A DNA stretch of 64,000 nucleotides from Podarcis muralis (lineage: Eukaryota), in assembly GCF_964188315.1 (NCBI RefSeq), contig NC_135663.1, forward strand, positions 23,188,001 through 23,252,000, in the 5' to 3' direction. Positions 61,675-64,000 of this stretch are shown here, in pieces. Each line of letters begins with the position of its first letter. Position 1 is the first letter of the stretch. Below the pieces are notes generated by a model that worked only from the letters and a program-made list of their open reading frames with translations, had not been told where the DNA came from and did not search any database. A program made the position numbers and the translations under genes.

Positions 61675-61980
61675 TACAACTAAAAATAAAAAAGGCCCTA
61701 TAGCAAATCGATGTACCCTCTTCAAAAAGAACCATAAAAATTGAATGGCCCTTGCATCCCTGTTGTGCACTCTGAAGCACCCCTAGCGTTAAAGGTACAA
61801 TCCTGCGTAGCCAAACCAAATCAAGCAACACTTGATTGACTACAGGTTTCTAAGAAATTGTCTTTTTCCCCGACAAGACAAAACAGTAATTTCACTCTAG
61901 GAAAGGGCAATTATACCTTAAGACACCACTATATATGAATGAGTCCTATTGGAAAGCCATGAATTACAGTAGTGTAGGCT

Positions 61981-62333
61981 TTTGAATTATGGTGCTGGAG
62001 GAGATTCTTGAGAGTCCCATGGACTGCAAGAATATCAAACCTATCCATTCTTACAGCCCTGAGTGCTCACTGGAAGGACAGATCCTGAAGCTGAGGCTCC
62101 AATACTTTGGCCACCTCATGAGAAGAGAAGACTCCCTGGAAAATACCCTGATTTTGGGAAGGATTGAGGGCACAAGGAGAAGGGGACGACAGAGGATGAG
62201 ATGGTTGGACAGTGTTCTTGAAGCTACTAACATGAGTTTGACCAAACTGCGGGAGGCAGTGGAAGACAGGAGCGCCTGGCGTGCTCTGGTCAATGGGGTC
62301 ACAAAGAGTCAGACATGACTAAACAACAACAAA
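61981..62333 (+). mobile_element. RTE/BovB LINE 3' end
   Basis: ORF 61989-62318 (SLEGQILKLRLQYFGHLMRREDSLE...RRRGRQRMRWLD) is the BovB ORF C-terminus. (CAA)n tail. Confidence 0.92.
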
Positions 62334-62848
62334 AGGCATAATAGTGATTTTGTGTGACAACAGACATACACCAGTACCCAAAATATTCATTCTGGTACTC
62401 TGTTTTGGAACATTTGGGAATGATTCATTGGAAATACTATTTCCTTGAAAGAGTTCATCCATTGCATAGTTGATTCGACATGGACCAATTTCATGCCATC
62501 GTTTATGACATCTAATACCATCTGCATTAGAGGTTTTAAGTTACTGGTACAGCTTATCTGCTGTACATTTTTACATTGATTTTTTGCATGCTTGTTTGGG
62601 CTCTGCCTCAGCTGTGATGTGTTTGATACATACAAAAATGAGATGAAGATCAAGGTAAAATCTGTATTTAGGGCAATTATGTTTTCCTTGTGAATGTGAA
62701 ATTGTCAAGATGTACTTAGCTGTTCTTAGTCCAGTTTGTTGTTCTATTTTTAAAGGAGCGATGAGGTGAAATTTCATGTATTAGCTTGATGGAAAGAAAT
62801 AAAGTCCCAGACCCATCTCTTTAGGACTGATATCAGAAGTGATAAATA

Positions 62849-63300
62849 CCGTATTTTTCACCCTATAGAGCGCACTGACCCATAGGACGCACCTCGTTTT
62901 TTGGGGGGGAAATGAATAAAAAAAAATATTTCCCCCCCCCCCAGCCGCAGGGCTGGGGCGGGGGAAGCCCGAGCTTCCCCAGCCCCCAGAACAGGCTGCT
63001 ATCCGCAACTCCCGTCGGGCTCGCAAGGCTTGCGACACCTGTGCGAAGCACGGGGCGCCCTCTGGAGGGCGCTGCAGGCTGCTGCCTGCAAGCCTTGCGA
63101 GCCCAGTGGCAACTCCTGCTGGGCTTGCAAGGCTTGCGGATAGCTTCCTGAAGCCTGGAGAGCGAGAGGGGTCAGTGCGCACCGACCCCTCTCGCTCTCC
63201 AGGCTTCAGCGAAAGCCTGCATTCGCCCCATAGGACGCACACACATTTCCCCTTCATTTTTGGAGGGGAATAAGTGCGTCCTATAGGGCGAAAAATACGT
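62849..63300. mobile_element. Tigger/pogo-like MITE
   Basis: ccgtatttttcaccctatag ... ctatagggcgaaaaatacg, TA flanks, GC-rich core. Confidence 0.88.
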
Positions 63301-63920
63301 TACATTTAAGAAACTTGTACCATCAGGCTGCCATGGTAGAGATAACCATCTAAGTCTTGTGGTAGCAAATTCTGCATATTACAACTGTGTTGTGCAACAG
63401 CAATGACATTGTAGGGATAGACAAATTTGTCAGTTTCTTTTTCCCTCAGTTCCTCATTTTTCTTATCTTAAATACACTTCGCCACATTTGTGATTTATTT
63501 ATTTTTAAAGAAAACCTTTCAAGAATTGGTCTACATTTTAGTGCATATTTCTCCTAATATGTACATTTTTGTATGCAATTTATCCTTACACATTTTTGCA
63601 AGCAATTTTCTCTAACATAATACATTCTGTGCGCTATATTCACCAATACATGCAATATTATACCAACTTGCCCCCTAATTTTGTACACATTTTTTGTTTG
63701 TACACATTTTGCATTGCAAAATTTGAAGAAGCATGAGTTTTCAAGTTATGCCTGTATTTTGGTTTTTGCATTGTTTCAGTAACTGCAAGTTGGATAGATT
63801 TGTATTAAAACAAGAACCGAACTTAATTTCTTCTCCATTCCTATGTCATAGCGGTAAAGTTCAAGTAAGAAATATGGCTCTTATGTGTCATTGAACAGCG
63901 TTTCTTTCCCCACCGTTGTT

Positions 63921-63934
63921 TATTATTATTATTA

Positions 63935-63987
<53 letters not shown>
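63921..63987. repeat. (ATT)n-(AT)n compound microsatellite
   Basis: Direct reading. Confidence 0.95.
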
Positions 63988-63989
<2 letters not shown>

Positions 63990-64000
63990 TTCTGATATCA

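Noticed and set aside
51042-64000. Further GSTCD exons (methyltransferase domain)
   Set aside because: The expected GKMSSDRALRKQQQ-type sequence was not found. This region is interpreted as a long intron.
1-64000. CRISPR arrays, operons, phage or endogenous viral genes
   Set aside because: No repeat-spacer arrays or long intronless ORFs. All repeats resolve as vertebrate transposons or microsatellites.

Overview
Vertebrate nuclear DNA, almost certainly from a squamate and probably a lacertid lizard (Sauria SINEs, BovB, CR1, lizard-type MITEs). It carries the conserved cluster ARHGEF38(+) -> <-INTS12(-) / GSTCD(+). In the window are nine coding exons at the 3' end of ARHGEF38 (end of DH domain, BAR, two SH3; stop 18242-18244), the complete 6-coding-exon INTS12 (460 aa, intact PHD finger) and the first four coding exons of GSTCD. 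All exons were rebuilt by hand with GT-AG boundaries and consistent phases. INTS12 and GSTCD are head-to-head across a CpG island (~37.2-38.0 kb). ARHGEF38 and INTS12 are tail-to-tail. The rest is intronic or intergenic DNA dense in transposons, many with readable target-site duplications (TSDs). I found no prokaryotic-type system and no new protein-coding gene. The most unusual signals are structural: two tandem SINE pairs in which the same target site occurs three times, two nested LTR/MITE/SINE stacks, an inverted SINE pair bracketing an in-frame 465-nt two-exon cassette of ARHGEF38, a CATG palindrome giving ATGs on both strands at the bidirectional promoter, and a perfect 58-bp-stem hairpin MITE beside that promoter. 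Repeat family names and comparisons with human proteins come from memory, not database searches.
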